DNA of 64,000 nucleotides from Lytechinus pictus (taxonomy: Eukaryota): the NCBI RefSeq assembly GCF_037042905.1, contig NC_087250.1, positions 25,236,001 through 25,300,000 on the forward strand. The letters run 5' to 3'. The position numbers were made by a program, and so were the translations under genes. Of the stretch, positions 11,951 to 24,783 are shown piece after piece. The notes under the pieces were generated by a model that saw nothing but the letters and a program-made list of their open reading frames with translations, was not told the origin of the DNA and made no database searches. The first letter of the stretch is position 1. The number at the start of each line of letters is the position of its first letter.

Positions 11951-12229
11951 TCATTCACGTGATTATAATCAGCCTTCAGCCTCAGGAAATAAAGTGTTCG
12001 TCAAAATATTATTTCGTTTCCAGCTTTCCGCTATTTATTTAGGGTGAACTTTCCAAAAACAAGTTTCCTCTTTGAAAGATACTGTACAGTACCACAGTGT
12101 ACCACTAAAACTTATTTCTCAACTTCAGTCACGTCATTTTCCATTGTGCATGTGCCCCACTAGTGCAAATTCGTGTAATGGAATAGGCAACCTGAAGAGT
12201 CACTGCTCTGTAATTTCGGGGAACAGAAT

Positions 12230-13375
12230 ATGGATGATGCAGTTCCAGGGTTCAGAAGCGAAGAGTATTCTATAGTGCCAGAGGAGGACCAGATATCTGA
12301 AGGAAATCTTATCGTTAAACATCAAAAACCACGGTTTACTTCCATCGTTCACACTTCTGAAATTTTGAGTGAGGCGGAGATCCGACGTGAGCCTGTGCAC
12401 CCTGAACCGATCACATCGATTCAACAGAATGAATCAAGTGCCAAGTGGGAGATATTAAGTGAGGTGTGCAGTGACCTTTTAACTTGTTTACAGTGGCTTG
12501 CCAAAAGAAGATTGATTTCGAACACATACATTTGTCCGAAGTGCAGTCAGAATTGCACTTTTCAACCGCGAAGAGACCGAACAGACAAATACAACTGGAC
12601 GTGCAATCCGTGCAACTTCAAGAAGAGTTTGAGAGAAGGGTCTTTCTTTGCTGGAAGTCATCTCAGTTTGCCAACGATCCTTCAGCTGATCAATCTATGG
12701 ACTCTAAAAACAAGGCACGAAGTCGTCCAAGATCAGCTTTGCATAAAGCAGCGCCATACCATTGTCGATTGGTTCGCGTTCATCCGCGAGATTTGTGCTC
12801 GTAAAGTTCTCGATACTCCACATCACATCGGAGGGTTGCACGAGGACACTCTTGAAGGAATTGTTGTCTACTTTGACATTTTAAACTTCACCCATTTACG
12901 CAACAGGATACAGGAAACTTACTGGGTCGTGCTGGGGATAGAGAGTGGAACGGATCGCTATTTCGTGGTTCCGATCGATACGTGCCAGCCTGCTGCAGTT
13001 GCCTTGGTTTTACGCCAGTTTATTGAACCTGGCACGATCCTCATTGGTAGACCCTTTGAAAATGTAGCCGCTACCAATCACCCAGTAGTACCTGAAGAGC
13101 TAATCACCTTTTCTTCTGATTACTCTGTCACTTTAGACTTGAAAGCAGACTATCCCCATCTAGCATCATCATTTTATGACATTGAAGAGACAGAGCTTTG
13201 GAAGCTGATCAGACGTCGTTATAAGAGCAAGAGTGATCTGTATCGCAAGGAGGCGACCAGCACTTCTCTTTTTCAGTCTTACATACAGGAGGCCCTCTGG
13301 AGACGGATGAACTCAGATTCGGAAGATCTTTTTTCTGTGATGATTGCTGATATTGGGCATTATTACCCAGTTTAG
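12230..13375 (+). CDS. Merlin/IS1595 (ISXO2-like) transposase-derived protein, 381 aa, probably catalytically inactive
   Basis: Intact single-exon ORF; CPKC...CNPC zinc ribbon, S.REGSFF..SHL, TIVDW..F.REIC, IGG, WV.LG.E, I.PGT.I and Y..E.LWRR motifs of Merlin transposases; PGTILIGR lacks the usual SD; no TIR/TSD seen. Confidence 0.85.
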   Translation: MDDAVPGFRSEEYSIVPEEDQISEGNLIVKHQKPRFTSIVHTSEILSEAEIRREPVHPEPITSIQQNESSAKWEILSEVCSDLLTCLQWLAKRRLISNTYICPKCSQNCTFQPRRDRTDKYNWTCNPCNFKKSLREGSFFAGSHLSLPTILQLINLWTLKTRHEVVQDQLCIKQRHTIVDWFAFIREICARKVLDTPHHIGGLHEDTLEGIVVYFDILNFTHLRNRIQETYWVVLGIESGTDRYFVVPIDTCQPAAVALVLRQFIEPGTILIGRPFENVAATNHPVVPEELITFSSDYSVTLDLKADYPHLASSFYDIEETELWKLIRRRYKSKSDLYRKEATSTSLFQSYIQEALWRRMNSDSEDLFSVMIADIGHYYPV

Positions 13376-14011
13376 TTTTCAAGTAAACAATAGGAAAACG
13401 TATCCCATTGCAATTTATATTGTTTGAACTTTGAAGTTAATGAAGAATCATCAATATTAATGACAAGGAAAAATTACAAATTTTTAACATCAGGTATCTT
13501 TTGTAATCATTGGAAGGAATACATCTTTTATTATCATCACACATGGATGAACAAATTTGATAGAGAAATTCACTGAAAAACATTCCTACAAGAAATGAAT
13601 CAGAGGGGGGAAAAGAACACTACTATCATTTAAAGCATCGCTTGGAAATCATTGCATTTTAGGAAGAGAAAGAATATTGATTCACTCACCCTGAAAAGAA
13701 TTGACTATCATCATCTATAGAAGATTGAATCTTTCATTGGACTAACAGTGTAAAATGGTTCTTCTGTTGCTGTGAAGCTTGTCAGAGGTTCCAAGAATTT
13801 ATGTTTAACTTTATGTTGATCAAAAGAACAAGAAAATGATTTGATCCTGAGTAAAGTTAAAAGAACAAAAGCTTGAAGTAAATTTAAAAAAACAGAAGTT
13901 ATAGAATTGAAGAAGACTCATTCATCTTTCAATACATGTAGATTGAGATAGACCGAGTGGTGCCAAAAGTATAAACCTTCTTAAGCAGTTTGGATCAGGA
14001 AAGCTTTCAAG

Positions 14012-14117
14012 ATGACCGAAAGGAGAAACTTCCGGTCTCACTACTACGAGAAGGTTGGATTCCGGGGAGTGGAAGAGAAGAAATCTTTGGAGATTCTCCT
14101 TAGTGAAGACCCTGTCG
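14012..14117 (+). CDS. TBC1D7: TBC1 domain family member 7, coding exon 1 ([30 protein letters not shown]...)
   Basis: Near-identical to the recalled TBC1D7 N-terminus [27 protein letters not shown] donor. Confidence 0.97.
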
Positions 14118-15512
14118 GTAAGAAGCGGGGTTCATTTCATGAGGCATCCTGTCAGTGATTTTCACTAATGACTTTTGATTTCGACCAATCAAGTGCAAGG
14201 ATTTCAGTAGTTTATAACAAATATCAGTGGGATCACTCACAAGTTGCTTCATGATAATAAGCCAGTTCACGGTTAGCTCATGATCAACGTTTCTCCGATG
14301 ACCTTTATGATTTTTCATTAGGATAAGCACTATCATTTTCAAATGTAAATGTTGCGTAAGCTTTACCGGTAGAGTATTCAAATTCTAAGAACAAAAGGCA
14401 TTGTATAGACCAGATGACTAGAATAGTACATCAGGGATAAAGTTTGGAAATCTGTTTTATTGTCTGCCTTTGGCACATTTGACTATTGTTTAGGCTACTG
14501 TCAAATACCAGTGATTATGAAGGCCCTATTTATTACTCTTCAGCTTGGATGTGATAAATATTTTGAAAGGAATACATGAATAATCATCAAATCACAAATG
14601 CCTATGTCAGTGAATTTGAAATCCACCTTCATGGTTCATCTCAAATGACTTTTTTCTGCTCGTGCGCGGTTTACAACCGTGAACAGGCTTATTGATATTG
14701 CTCATGCTACACATTATTGGTATTAATTAGGGTACTCTTCATGAAACATCTTTTCAATCATTTTCACTCATGACTATGGTTTTAGCCAATCAGAAGCAAG
14801 GATATCAGTAGTTTATAACGAACATCAGTGGGGATCACTCACAAGTAGCTTCATGAGATGCTAGTTGAGTGATGACCTCATTGGTAAAAACTCATTCATT
14901 TCAGGGAACATCTTTTCATTCCATTTCACTGACAAATTTGCTTTCAGCCAATCAGATGGATGGATTTCAGTAGCTTATAACAGCTATCAGTGTAAATCAC
15001 TTACAATTGAACATGAGTTCTTGTATGTAGATTTTTAATTAGTACTGTATCCTTCACTCTTCAGGGAATAATTTTGCTTTACAAAGTTGCATAACATTTT
15101 TGGTCATAAAGAGAAAAGCTCTCAACTATTACAGTCCTATGTAAAAATATGCTATACAGATATGCATAGCAGTCTTTCAAAAATGTGGAGCAAATTGTGA
15201 CGGATACCAGGAAAATAATTCCCTGCTCTTGTTCTTTTTCAGTATCTCCCCTCTTATCACTCTCTTTCTCCCTCCTTGCATTTAACTTGTTATATCTCCC
15301 CCTTCTTAATAACTGCATAATTCTGTCTAGTTTGATATTATTTTCTCCCCCAGTCGAATCCCCCTCATCCTCTCTCCCACTCTTCCTATTACCAGATTGT
15401 GTTTGTTTTCTTTTTTTCTAAAAGTTTGCTGTTCACCAATTATTGCCATAATTTGGTTGTAGATAAATGATTTAATAACTTCCCTAATCTACATGTTCAT
15501 CCTTAATTTCAG

Positions 15513-15593
15513 ACATTGACAAGCTTGGTACATTCTGTGCAAGGTTCTCTGTCCCCGCTATGTTTAGACCACTGGTCTGGAAGCTTATCTTGG
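15513..15593 (+). CDS. TBC1D7: TBC1D7 coding exon 2 (IDKLGTFCARFSVPAMFRPLVWKLIL)
   Basis: CAG/GTAAGT boundaries, phase 1/1; matches KL.TF..RF..P.M.R.LVWK. Confidence 0.95.
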
Positions 15594-16484
15594 GTAAGTT
15601 CAAAGGTCAATGTTGGCAGTGTCAGTACTATAAAATGTTACAACAACTGGCATTTACTTGCTCTAGTCTGCATAGTAGGGGGGACACAATATAGTACTAT
15701 TTTTTTGGTCTGTTATGATGGAGAAAAATACATCATTCACAATCAAAATAATACATGTATTTTGGACGTAAATGACCTTACATTTTTTGGTGGAAACGGG
15801 GTTAAAACCTTTTTTTTTTTGCTTGTTAAATTGATTTGGGTTAAAATGACCTTAAGATTTTGGTGATAACCTTCTTTTTTTTTTTTTTTTTTTTTTTTTT
15901 GCTTGTTTCCAGCCATTGGTCCCCCCTACCTGCCCATGCTAGTCTGAAGGGTCAATAAATATAGGCTTACCGGTACTAACTTGCCAATCTTATAACGTGT
16001 GTAGAGGCCATTGAACTTTTTTTAACCATTGTTCTTTCAATCTTTGTCATTTTTTTTCTGAGATTCAGTATACATGTCCATGTGGCACCCTCTTTAGTGA
16101 TTGGAAAAGAGAAAGCTGTGACAAGTATTCTGTTATCTTTTAGACCATTCCATGATTGAGGAGTGATTTGATATTTGTGTGAAAAAAAGTAGACCAAGAT
16201 ACTGTACATGTATATTCTTTGGGTGGGAATCTGATGGAAATATCTTTTCATGTTTAAATTCACAAAAAAGTTTTTTCCAAAATATGTAAATCAAAAATCA
16301 AGTTGCGTCTTTCACATCAACTGCTTTAAGGCAAACACAGTCATATAATCTAATAACGAATTGGAATAGCGGCACGAGCACTATACTTGTAATGACTCTC
16401 AGTGATTTTCATTGGCTAATTTACTTTCAGCCAATCAGATGCATGGATTTACAGTAGCTTATAACAGTAAAAATCACTGACCTT

Positions 16485-16870
16485 GAAATTGAAATTGAAA
16501 TTGAAATTTTATTTACTACAATCTTAATAAAAAAAACATAAAGATCAAGAAATATGACTATTTCAAATGAAATACCTTATAGGTGAGAATATTTACAAGA
16601 CTAGTGGAAAGATCACAGAAAAGAACTAATTTCTGAATTAATGATCCTGAAATTAACACAAAACAACACAATAAAAACAAATGCAGTCGGGAATTCCAAA
16701 ACAAATATAACGTGAATATAATTGAATCTATATCGGTTTTGATATAGGTTTTACACTTTCTGCATTAAATGGATTTTCAAATGTCTTATGAAGCTTTGTA
16801 GAGTTTTGCACAGTTTCATATTTTGAGGGAGCTTATTCCAAATAAAGGTACCCTGTTTGAGAAAGAATAA
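16485..16870 (-). mobile_element. CR1/L2-type LINE 3' fragment in TBC1D7 intron 2
   Basis: Minus strand reads ...IWNKLPQNMKLCKTLQSFIRHLK (typical WN.LP..SF...LK end), followed by a (TTTCAA)n tail. Confidence 0.65.
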
Positions 16871-16949
16871 TGACCATATTTCATGAGTATCAGTTGAATT
16901 GTAACTTTTCTTTAAATGCTCACCTATTCTCTCCCCTTTGCTTTCCTAG

Positions 16950-17134
16950 GCATCCTACCTCCACACCCAAGCATCCATGATTTCGTCTGGCAGCAACGGA
17001 CAGAACAGTTCAATGACCTTCATCGGGGGTTAAAGGTCATGTCATCAATCAACGAGGAAACTCCCATGAGCCTTTGCTTTCTCAAGATGTTCTTATTGGA
17101 GGAAGGAAGGCTGCCGCTGGAGGATGAGAAACTT
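16950..17134 (+). CDS. TBC1D7: TBC1D7 coding exon 3 (GILPPH...LEEGRLPLEDEKL)
   Basis: TAG/GTGAGT boundaries; GILPPH motif; frame continuous. Confidence 0.95.
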
Positions 17135-17957
17135 GTGAGTGTATAGAAATTTTGAAATTTCAATAAATATAATTTTTGTCTGGATACTTGACTTTACATT
17201 TATTAAAACAAAATCTAGTTTAATGTTGAAAGGAGAAGACTCTAGAAGATTCCGACAAGGAGAAAAAAAATGGTATAGTTTCATACTGTGCAAGATCTGA
17301 TCAAACATACCCAAATTTGACCCTGAATATATTACAGAAGAGCCAATGTTCAAGTTAAGAAAAGGGTACCCTTGCTGTGCAAATGTCCATTTTGCCTTGT
17401 TAGAGTGCCCTACATGTACGTGATGCACCATAACACAAAGCGTAGCCATTAATCATAGTGCTGATTTTCAATATTGATTACATTAATTATTGTACCAATT
17501 AAGCACACAAATGAACTACATGTAGGCTCTGTGTAACTGCCCCCAATGACGTATTACAGTATCACGCTCGGTGTCCATCCGTCTGTCTGTCCGTCCGTTA
17601 ACTTTTCCTTGTAAACATGATAACTTTGGTTAATAACCTAGGCTCATATAATTTGGTGTGTATGATACTAGGATGGATCCCAGGAAGCCTATTGATTTTG
17701 AGGTCAAAGGTGAAGTCGCCGCCTTCCACTTTTCTTGCTTGACCAATAACTCCACTTTCCACGTTACAGGCAGGCGTACATGTATTATGTGCTCGCCTTA
17801 GCGACACTCTTGTAAACTGTAGATCGCATCTGCTTAGACCGTGGTGGTGGTGGGGTGCATGTGTTGCATGTTGACTGTGTGATTATTTGATATAATTATT
17901 CAAATTCTTAATGTTTTTTAAACTTTAGTTACGTGTGAAACAAAAGCAGGGTATATT

Positions 17958-18357
17958 CAGACCTGCCAACCAGTACGTTTTTGGAACCAAAATACGGCAG
18001 TACGTGTTTTCTTTAAAAAATATGTTTTTGTAAAAAAAAAAAAAAATTTAATTATTATTATTATTTTTTTTTTTAAACAAAATCATAATTTATTTAGAAA
18101 TATCATCTCTATATGTCTCTATTTCATAAAACTTACACAAATATAGTTATTAGATCAATGCAATTTTTGGTAACATGTTTTTTTTTCCAATCATTTCGTT
18201 AAAACCAGGGTGAGATATACACATAATTAATTTTTTTTTTTCATCTGCATGAGCGAGTGCGCCACACATTTTATTATGAAATACACTTTTTGGGGAGAAA
18301 ATACACTCTTTTTTTTCACAGAATACACTTGTTCATTCCCAGAGGTTGGCAGGTCTG
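17958..18357. mobile_element. hAT-like MITE with 6-bp TSD
   Basis: TIR CAGACCTGCCAACC/GGTTGGCAGGTCTG; TATATT on both flanks. Confidence 0.75.
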
Positions 18358-18590
18358 TATATTGCTAAAGCTATATTTTCAGTACGTATAACAGGCTTTT
18401 AAATAATACGGGTTTGAAAAAAATCATTGAATTTCAATTTGTATATTTTTCTTTTTTTTTCAGGCAAACAAAATTCATTACAGGGCAACCAAAAAATGAA
18501 GTGTGATGTTTTTGGTGGCCTGAACTGGCCACAAAGAAAAAAAAGTTAGTATAGAGCCTTGTTTAACCCTCTTGTTTCTTTCTATTGCAG

Positions 18591-18734
18591 CCAGAAAATG
18601 ATGAGCATGACCTGTTTGTCACCATAGCAACCGCATCGATTGAGATGAATGATGAAGATGACTTAGAGTCCTACTGGACGGCTGTATGCGTCTTCAGGCT
18701 CGGCCGCAAGATGAAGGATCAGATTAGGATCATG
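18591..18734 (+). CDS. TBC1D7: TBC1D7 coding exon 4 (PENDEHDLFVTIA...ESYW...QIRIM)
   Basis: CAG/GTAAGT boundaries, 144 nt, phase 0/0. Confidence 0.93.
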
Positions 18735-18839
18735 GTAAGTGGTTGGGATGAGATGAGGGCACAGAGAAGGAGGAGGAGGACAGTGTTCGAAAATGGTGTA
18801 AACCTTGAAATGTAGCTTGATGTACCGTAGCTTGAGGAG

Positions 18840-19220
18840 GAATGATGGTAGTATTGATGACGATGATGATCATGATCATGGTAAGAATAGTGATAATGAT
18901 GATGATAATGATGATGATGATCATGGTAATGATAGTGATGGTGATGATGATCATAATGATCATGGTAACGATAGTGATGATGATGGTGATGATAGTGATG
19001 GTGATGATGATCGTGATGGTGATGGTGATGATGATGATGGTGATGATGATGGTGATGATGATCATGATGATGATGATGGTGATGATGATAGTGATGATGA
19101 TGGTGGTTATGGTAATGGTGATGCTGATGCTGATTTTGATAGTAATGGGGGTGATGATGATGATGATGAGGATGATGATGATGTTGACGGTGATTCTAAT
19201 GACCACAATGTTGTAAAATG
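18840..19220. repeat. (GAT)n-rich microsatellite in TBC1D7 intron 4
   Basis: Degenerate GAT/GGT trinucleotide run. Confidence 0.9.
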
Positions 19221-19340
19221 ATCTTGTAATGATCATGATTTTGTAAAATAATTTTGATAAACAAAGTTGATAGCATTTTCATAATATCATTCTTTATAGA
19301 CTTTCCTTTACATATTTTTTTTATTTCTCCTTTATTGTAG

Positions 19341-19486
19341 CCAAGTACATTCAAGACTATTCTAAAGAAGGAGGACCCAGAGTTGTACAATCATCTGCTA
19401 ATCATTAATAGTCTGGAGAAACTTCCATATTCTTCCTGGTTCAACGCACTTTATGCTGGAGTACTCCCCACAGATGCATTAAAGCG
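19341..19486 (+). CDS. TBC1D7: TBC1D7 coding exon 5 (PSTFKTILKKEDPELYNHL...LPYSSWF...LKR)
   Basis: TAG/GTAAGT boundaries; ED..L..HL and LPY..WF motifs. Confidence 0.95.
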
Positions 19487-20900
19487 GTAAGTGTTTGAAG
19501 ATGTTGATAATTTAAATAGGGAGCGAGTTAGCTCATTTGTTAAGTACTTATCCGTGATCTGAATATGAACTTGATAAGTAATTTTGCTAGCCAAGTCTAT
19601 TAAAGGCTAAGTAAAATGCTTACAAAATCAATACTTTCAATTGAATACCGGCCCATGGGCCGATTTCATAAAACTTGCAATAGCTGTTAAAGCTAAAATA
19701 CCTTCAATCTGATTGGCTGGTGGTAAATTTGTTAAAGAAATTGTGCATTTGTTTATAACAAGTCTTTATGAAACTGGGCCCATATTACATTAAAGGGATT
19801 GTTTGATTTCATTCAAGATGTAAAAATATTTTTTCTTCCTTGCAGCTAATGTTGTAATCATAATTGCAAACCTTTAGGTCAGACACGAATCACCCAAGAG
19901 TTTTTTGAAAAGCTAATTGTTCACTTAATTGCTCCACTAATGATGACTATAGTCATAATCATCCAGGTGAACCCCTTTTTTATGTAGCATAGGCTATTTT
20001 CAAAATTTATTTTGAAATTGCATGGGTGGGGGCAAGAACAGCCCTCCCCCCCTTGATTTTGGCTGTTGATCGTGCAATCACGACAAAATTGGCACGCATG
20101 TCACCGATGACGTAATCTCCACAATTCAGATGTCAATTGTACCAAATTATTTAAATTTATTTTTGATTAATTAATTATGCTAATTAATGCATAAAATCAT
20201 AATTTGACTGTAAATCCATATAGCTATTACATAGCTCCATGGTAAATCTTTAAATATTGCCCCAAAGCTGCTAGTTTCTGGTTTGTACACTTTTCTTCGG
20301 ATTATTTTCAAATTTATATAAAAAAATTGCAATATCAACATTTTTTCCTTATGTTTTTCCTTTTTTTTTTTTTTCTTATGTATTTCCTTGTTTTTTTTTA
20401 CTTAATTATTTTCATTGTTTTTTTCGATGGAAATCGTCGGCAACACTATTTCAGTCATAAATGACATGAAATCTATTGCTTCTAATCTGTAGAAATAAAA
20501 ATAATGATACATGTACATAATTTTTTATGAATTTTGGCTACATACAGAATTTACCGTACATTGGATGCGTACATGAAACCACGTTTTGAGCAATTTATTT
20601 TGGGTCTGACATGTTTCGTAACTCAAAAACTGCGTACCCCCACGTCACGAATTTGGTCTTAAAAATTGTGTGAGATTTTAAGGAAAAAAATAATGAAATG
20701 ACACGACACGATATTATCACGTTACAGGTTTATCAGGAAAATGTTGAGGGGGTGTTTTTGCCCCCCCCCCTCCCCTGACTTGATGGGGCTACGTTAATAT
20801 CGAATGCTATAGAAGTTAAATACTCACTCATCTACATAGCTATTGTGAAATGTTTGAATTGTAACTCTAATGGTTTGATAATTCTGTTTGCTGCCCTCAG

Positions 20901-21030
20901 TGTTTGGGATCGTGTACTAGGAGGAGCTAGTCGGGTCCTGATATACGTGGCTCTCACGCAGCTCTTAACACATCGTAAGACTCTAATGGGAATAGGGACG
21001 GCAGATCTTGTATCTCAATATCTACACCAG
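20901..21030 (+). CDS. TBC1D7: TBC1D7 coding exon 6 (VWDRVLGGASRVLIYVA...)
   Basis: CAG/GTGAGA boundaries; RVWD TBC motif spans the exon 5/6 junction. Confidence 0.95.
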
Positions 21031-21732
21031 GTGAGAATTAAGACACTGGCTGATTCCAAGTTGGGTGTAGGTGCTAGTGTTGGTGTTAAAAGCCCAATTG
21101 AGGTGTTGATCTACTTCGGGCAAAAAATTGATATTTTATTTTGTGGGGCTGCTTTTCACACCAGCCCGTTGCAGAAAGAGTTGCAATCAATCGCAACTTT
21201 AAAAATCATGCGTAACTTGATTTTCAACCAATCAACAGATTGCCTAACTCTGCAACATTGGATAAGGTTTAGCATTGTAGTGAATGGGAATATAGGGGAT
21301 TCTTTATGATTTTCCTGTGCTATTTTGAGCATTTCCGAAACCCGTGTTTATTTTTTTTCTGTGTACTTTCACATCACTGAGGAAGCGATAGTCGTTTCAT
21401 TCACTGAAATAAAAAAGTGATTATTTGCTTTATATTCCACATCAGAAACGAACTAATCATAGAAAGAAGGAGGGAGTATGTTCCTTGCAAACAGTGACTC
21501 CTGCAGTGTACAATAAACTGAAATCATATTGATAAATGATGATTATATTAATCAATATTCATGTTCCACATATTACAGTTCATTTCATACTAAATAATTT
21601 CAGTTAGAAAAAAATGCTTCATCTGCATAGATTGTGAAGATTTTGACAGAACATGAAAAAAAGTGGACACACTGAAAGGTAAAGCTTGTAAAATTTAGAT
21701 TTTTGTTGTTTCTTTTCTTTCTCTTTACACAG

Positions 21733-21828
21733 ATGCCATTGGACAATGCTGAAGTTCTTGTCAATGAAGCCATTGAATTCTGGGAAAAGGATGGTAGTCA
21801 CCTGAGACCAGAGCAATCAGTCACATGA
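21733..21828 (+). CDS. TBC1D7: TBC1D7 coding exon 7 (MPLDNAEVLVNEAIEFWEKDGSHLRPEQSVT*); full CDS 888 nt = 295 aa
   Basis: CAG acceptor after a long pyrimidine tract; AI..W motif; TGA at 21826-21828. Confidence 0.92.
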   Translation: MPLDNAEVLVNEAIEFWEKDGSHLRPEQSVT

Positions 21829-22181
21829 TCAATCACATGACCTTGGACTATGTATGAGCAGTATTAGACTCTTCTGTGTAAAGGAGCCATCCACATAGAG
21901 ACGCGTGGAAAGTGTTCTTTTGCACCGTCTGATTGGTTATGAGTGGTCACATGATTATGTCACTGAAGGAATGTCTGCTGCCACGGATTCTGATTGGTCA
22001 ACCAAGGGTCACATGATAAGGGTCGATATCAGGAAGGATGCTTGGATCATGCACAGATAGCAAAAACAAAATTGTCAAAGGAGGGGGAAAATACCTTGTG
22101 GTTTGAAATTATTTTGAGGTTCTTAAGACTAGAAAGAATTCTATTGTATAAAGCTTTTCTTGAAGGATTTTAATCAAAATC

Positions 22182-22343
22182 TGGGGTCCGTTTCATAAAG
22201 GACTTGCAACTGTTGTAACTTTGTCATAATGGCAACTACCATTGAAACAGGGCTCAGCAGCCAATCAGAATCAAGGTTACCATGGTGGTTGCCATGATGG
22301 CAAAGTTAAAACAGTTGCAAATCCTTTATGAAACAGGGCCCCT
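22182..22343. mobile_element. Harbinger-type MITE with CAGCCAATCAG core; related copies at ~14125-14260, ~14735-15000, ~19657-19781, ~55845-56004, ~59041-59340
   Basis: TIR GGGGTCCGTTTCATAAAGGA/TCCTTTATGAAACAGGGCCC; same core recurs across the window. Confidence 0.7.
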
Positions 22344-23854
22344 GGTCTTGATTTTGATCAACTATAAAGCCAATCATGACGCAACTCCCTAGGCTAGGAA
22401 AAGAGGGTGAATTTGCCTGCACATTTGGCACTCTAAATAATAAATTTTTCTTTATCATTCTGACATGGATAAAAAAAACTCAATGAAAATAAGAAAAATG
22501 TACACAGAATAAAATTGTTTTTGGCTTCTCATAATTTCAACTTTAAACCAATTTCAGCCTGACATCAGAATATGGGCGCTATGCACTTATTTTGGTGTGT
22601 AGAAAATTAAATTGGATAATATAGTAACCCTTAAGGGCATTGCACTTTTGTCTGTATCAGTCATTGGTTTGTAATTTCAAGAAGCATTTTAAACAATTTT
22701 TTTTTTTACTGCACATTCTGAAAAACAATGTGATACACTTATCTGCGCAAGTCAGACTTCTATTATTTAAAAATCAAGTCCACCCCAGAAAATTCTTGAT
22801 TTAAATTGAGAAGAGAAAAATAAAAACAAGCATAACGCTGAAAATTTCATCTAAATCGGATGTAAAATAAGACATTTGCGACATTTTGAAGTTTCGCTTA
22901 TTTTCACAAAACAGTTATATGCACAACTCGGTGATATGCAGATGAGAGAGTCAATGATGTCCCTCACCCACTATTTCTTTTGTTTTTTTATGTTTGAATT
23001 ATACAATGTTTCAGTTTTTACAGATTTTACAATAAGGACCAACTTTGACTTAAATAACCATTAACTGTTAAAATAATGGTAATTCCACCTGAAGAATACA
23101 AATTTGTTTCAGCGGACAATGAGAAGAAAATTATAATTTTTCATATTTCATGTAATAGAATACAAAAGAAATAGTGAGTGGGTGACGTCATCAGTGTGTT
23201 CATTTAGCCCTATCTTAACTGGGCTATTTCAAACCAACATATATTGGGGGGGGGGGGGTAAATTAAAATTGACCCCCCCCCCAGTTTATAAGGGTTAAGT
23301 CAAGTGCACACTAAACAATGTTGTTATCCAAATTTCAAAGACCATAATATTTTATATGACCATTCAAACCTATAAAATATTACAGATCAAAGTTTTAATA
23401 ATGGGCTGAATATTGGAATAAAAATTCTAGTCTATTTTAAGCCTCTCTGTATGAATAAAAGTGAAATTAATTAAAAATCATAACGATTTCATCATCCATT
23501 GTGACTTGAAGCTGATTTTGGCTTTACTACAACCACAAGGCTTGCAACATATAGCAGAATTCTGATTTTAGTATTTGTAGAAAATTTCTTGAAACCTATG
23601 CATTTTAATCACCACAATATTTTATAACAATGATAATTTTTTTTTTTTAATAGTATACAAATAGAGACTATAGACAGTGCCCTGGCGGAGGGCGGGTAGA
23701 AAGGGGGGGGATTCCTCAGTGAGGCAACAAAAACAAGTGTTGTAGCCTTCGTGTTCCGTCTTAAACTGTATCCTACCCCCGGCCTAGCCCAACCCTGGAA
23801 AGGATCCCATGGTAGTGGATCCTCCCCCCCCCCCTAAAAACAAGAGAGACAGAC

Positions 23855-24240
23855 AGAAGGAGAAGAGGGATGAAAGAAGAAGGGAAGCGGGCCCGGGGGA
23901 AAAGGAAGGGGGAGAAGAGAATGAGTGAAGGAATAGAAAGGAAAGAGAGAGGGGAGAGAAAAAAAGAGAACGAAAAGAAAGGCAAGGGAGAGGGGGGAGA
24001 GAGGAAAAAGAGAACAAAAAGAAAGGCAAGGGAGAGGAGGGAGGGAGGAAAAAGAGAACGAAAAGAAAGGCAAGGGAGAGGAGGGGGGAGGAAAAGGAGA
24101 ACGAAAAGAAAGGCAAGGGAGAGGGGAAAAGAGAATGAAAAGAAATTTAGGCAAGGTAGATGGGAAAGAAAAGGAAGGGGAAAAAGAGAAATGGAGGGGA
24201 CAGAAAATGAAGGAAAAAAGAGAAGTGTGAGACAGAAAAA
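23855..24240. repeat. Polypurine low-complexity tract with ~40-bp repeats
   Basis: Repeated AGAACGAAAAGAAAGGCAAGGGAGAGG units. Confidence 0.85.
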
Positions 24241-24783
24241 AAGTTTCATATTCATTTTAAAAGAAAGCGCAATATTATGGTCTATATCCAATGTGTTACG
24301 AATGGATTATACACCGCGATCCCAGCCTGTGGTTCGGGCGCGACGACCTTGTGTGACGTCACCGATAGAGACCTCAAATCTAACAAGAATTCCGATTCGA
24401 CAATTGACTTAACTAAAAAATAAGGAATGAATATCACATCTTATGGGAAAATTGCTTGCATTTTCGTGAAATATACATTCCGTTCTATAATTCTTTCACC
24501 CCGTGCTAACTGCCCATTCATTCTCGAGAAATGGGAAATCGAATATACACCGTGTCTCAAACTTTTTGTGGAAAAGGGGGATATATTCCATCTCCTGCCA
24601 TAAGGTAATACGTATCAGGGAAAGTTAGGCCCATTTTAGACACGATGTTACTGTGAATAATTCAAAATGTGATAAGAGTCCTTGAAGAGATGGACTCACA
24701 AATTTCCTTTTGAAAAACGTATTGAAATACCCTTACCATAATACCTTTTAAAATTTCATTAGTACATGTCGTTCCTGTGATAT

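Noticed and set aside
12230..13375. Active Merlin transposon
   Set aside because: No TIRs or 8-9-bp TSD seen, and the catalytic-core motifs are degenerate.
18730..19236. Asp-rich biomineralisation-like ORF
   Set aside because: Microsatellite in TBC1D7 intron 4; the flanking exons join in frame without it.
23773..24412. Basic (K/R/E) or Phe/Leu/Ser-rich ORFs
   Set aside because: Artefacts of a polypurine/polypyrimidine repeat.
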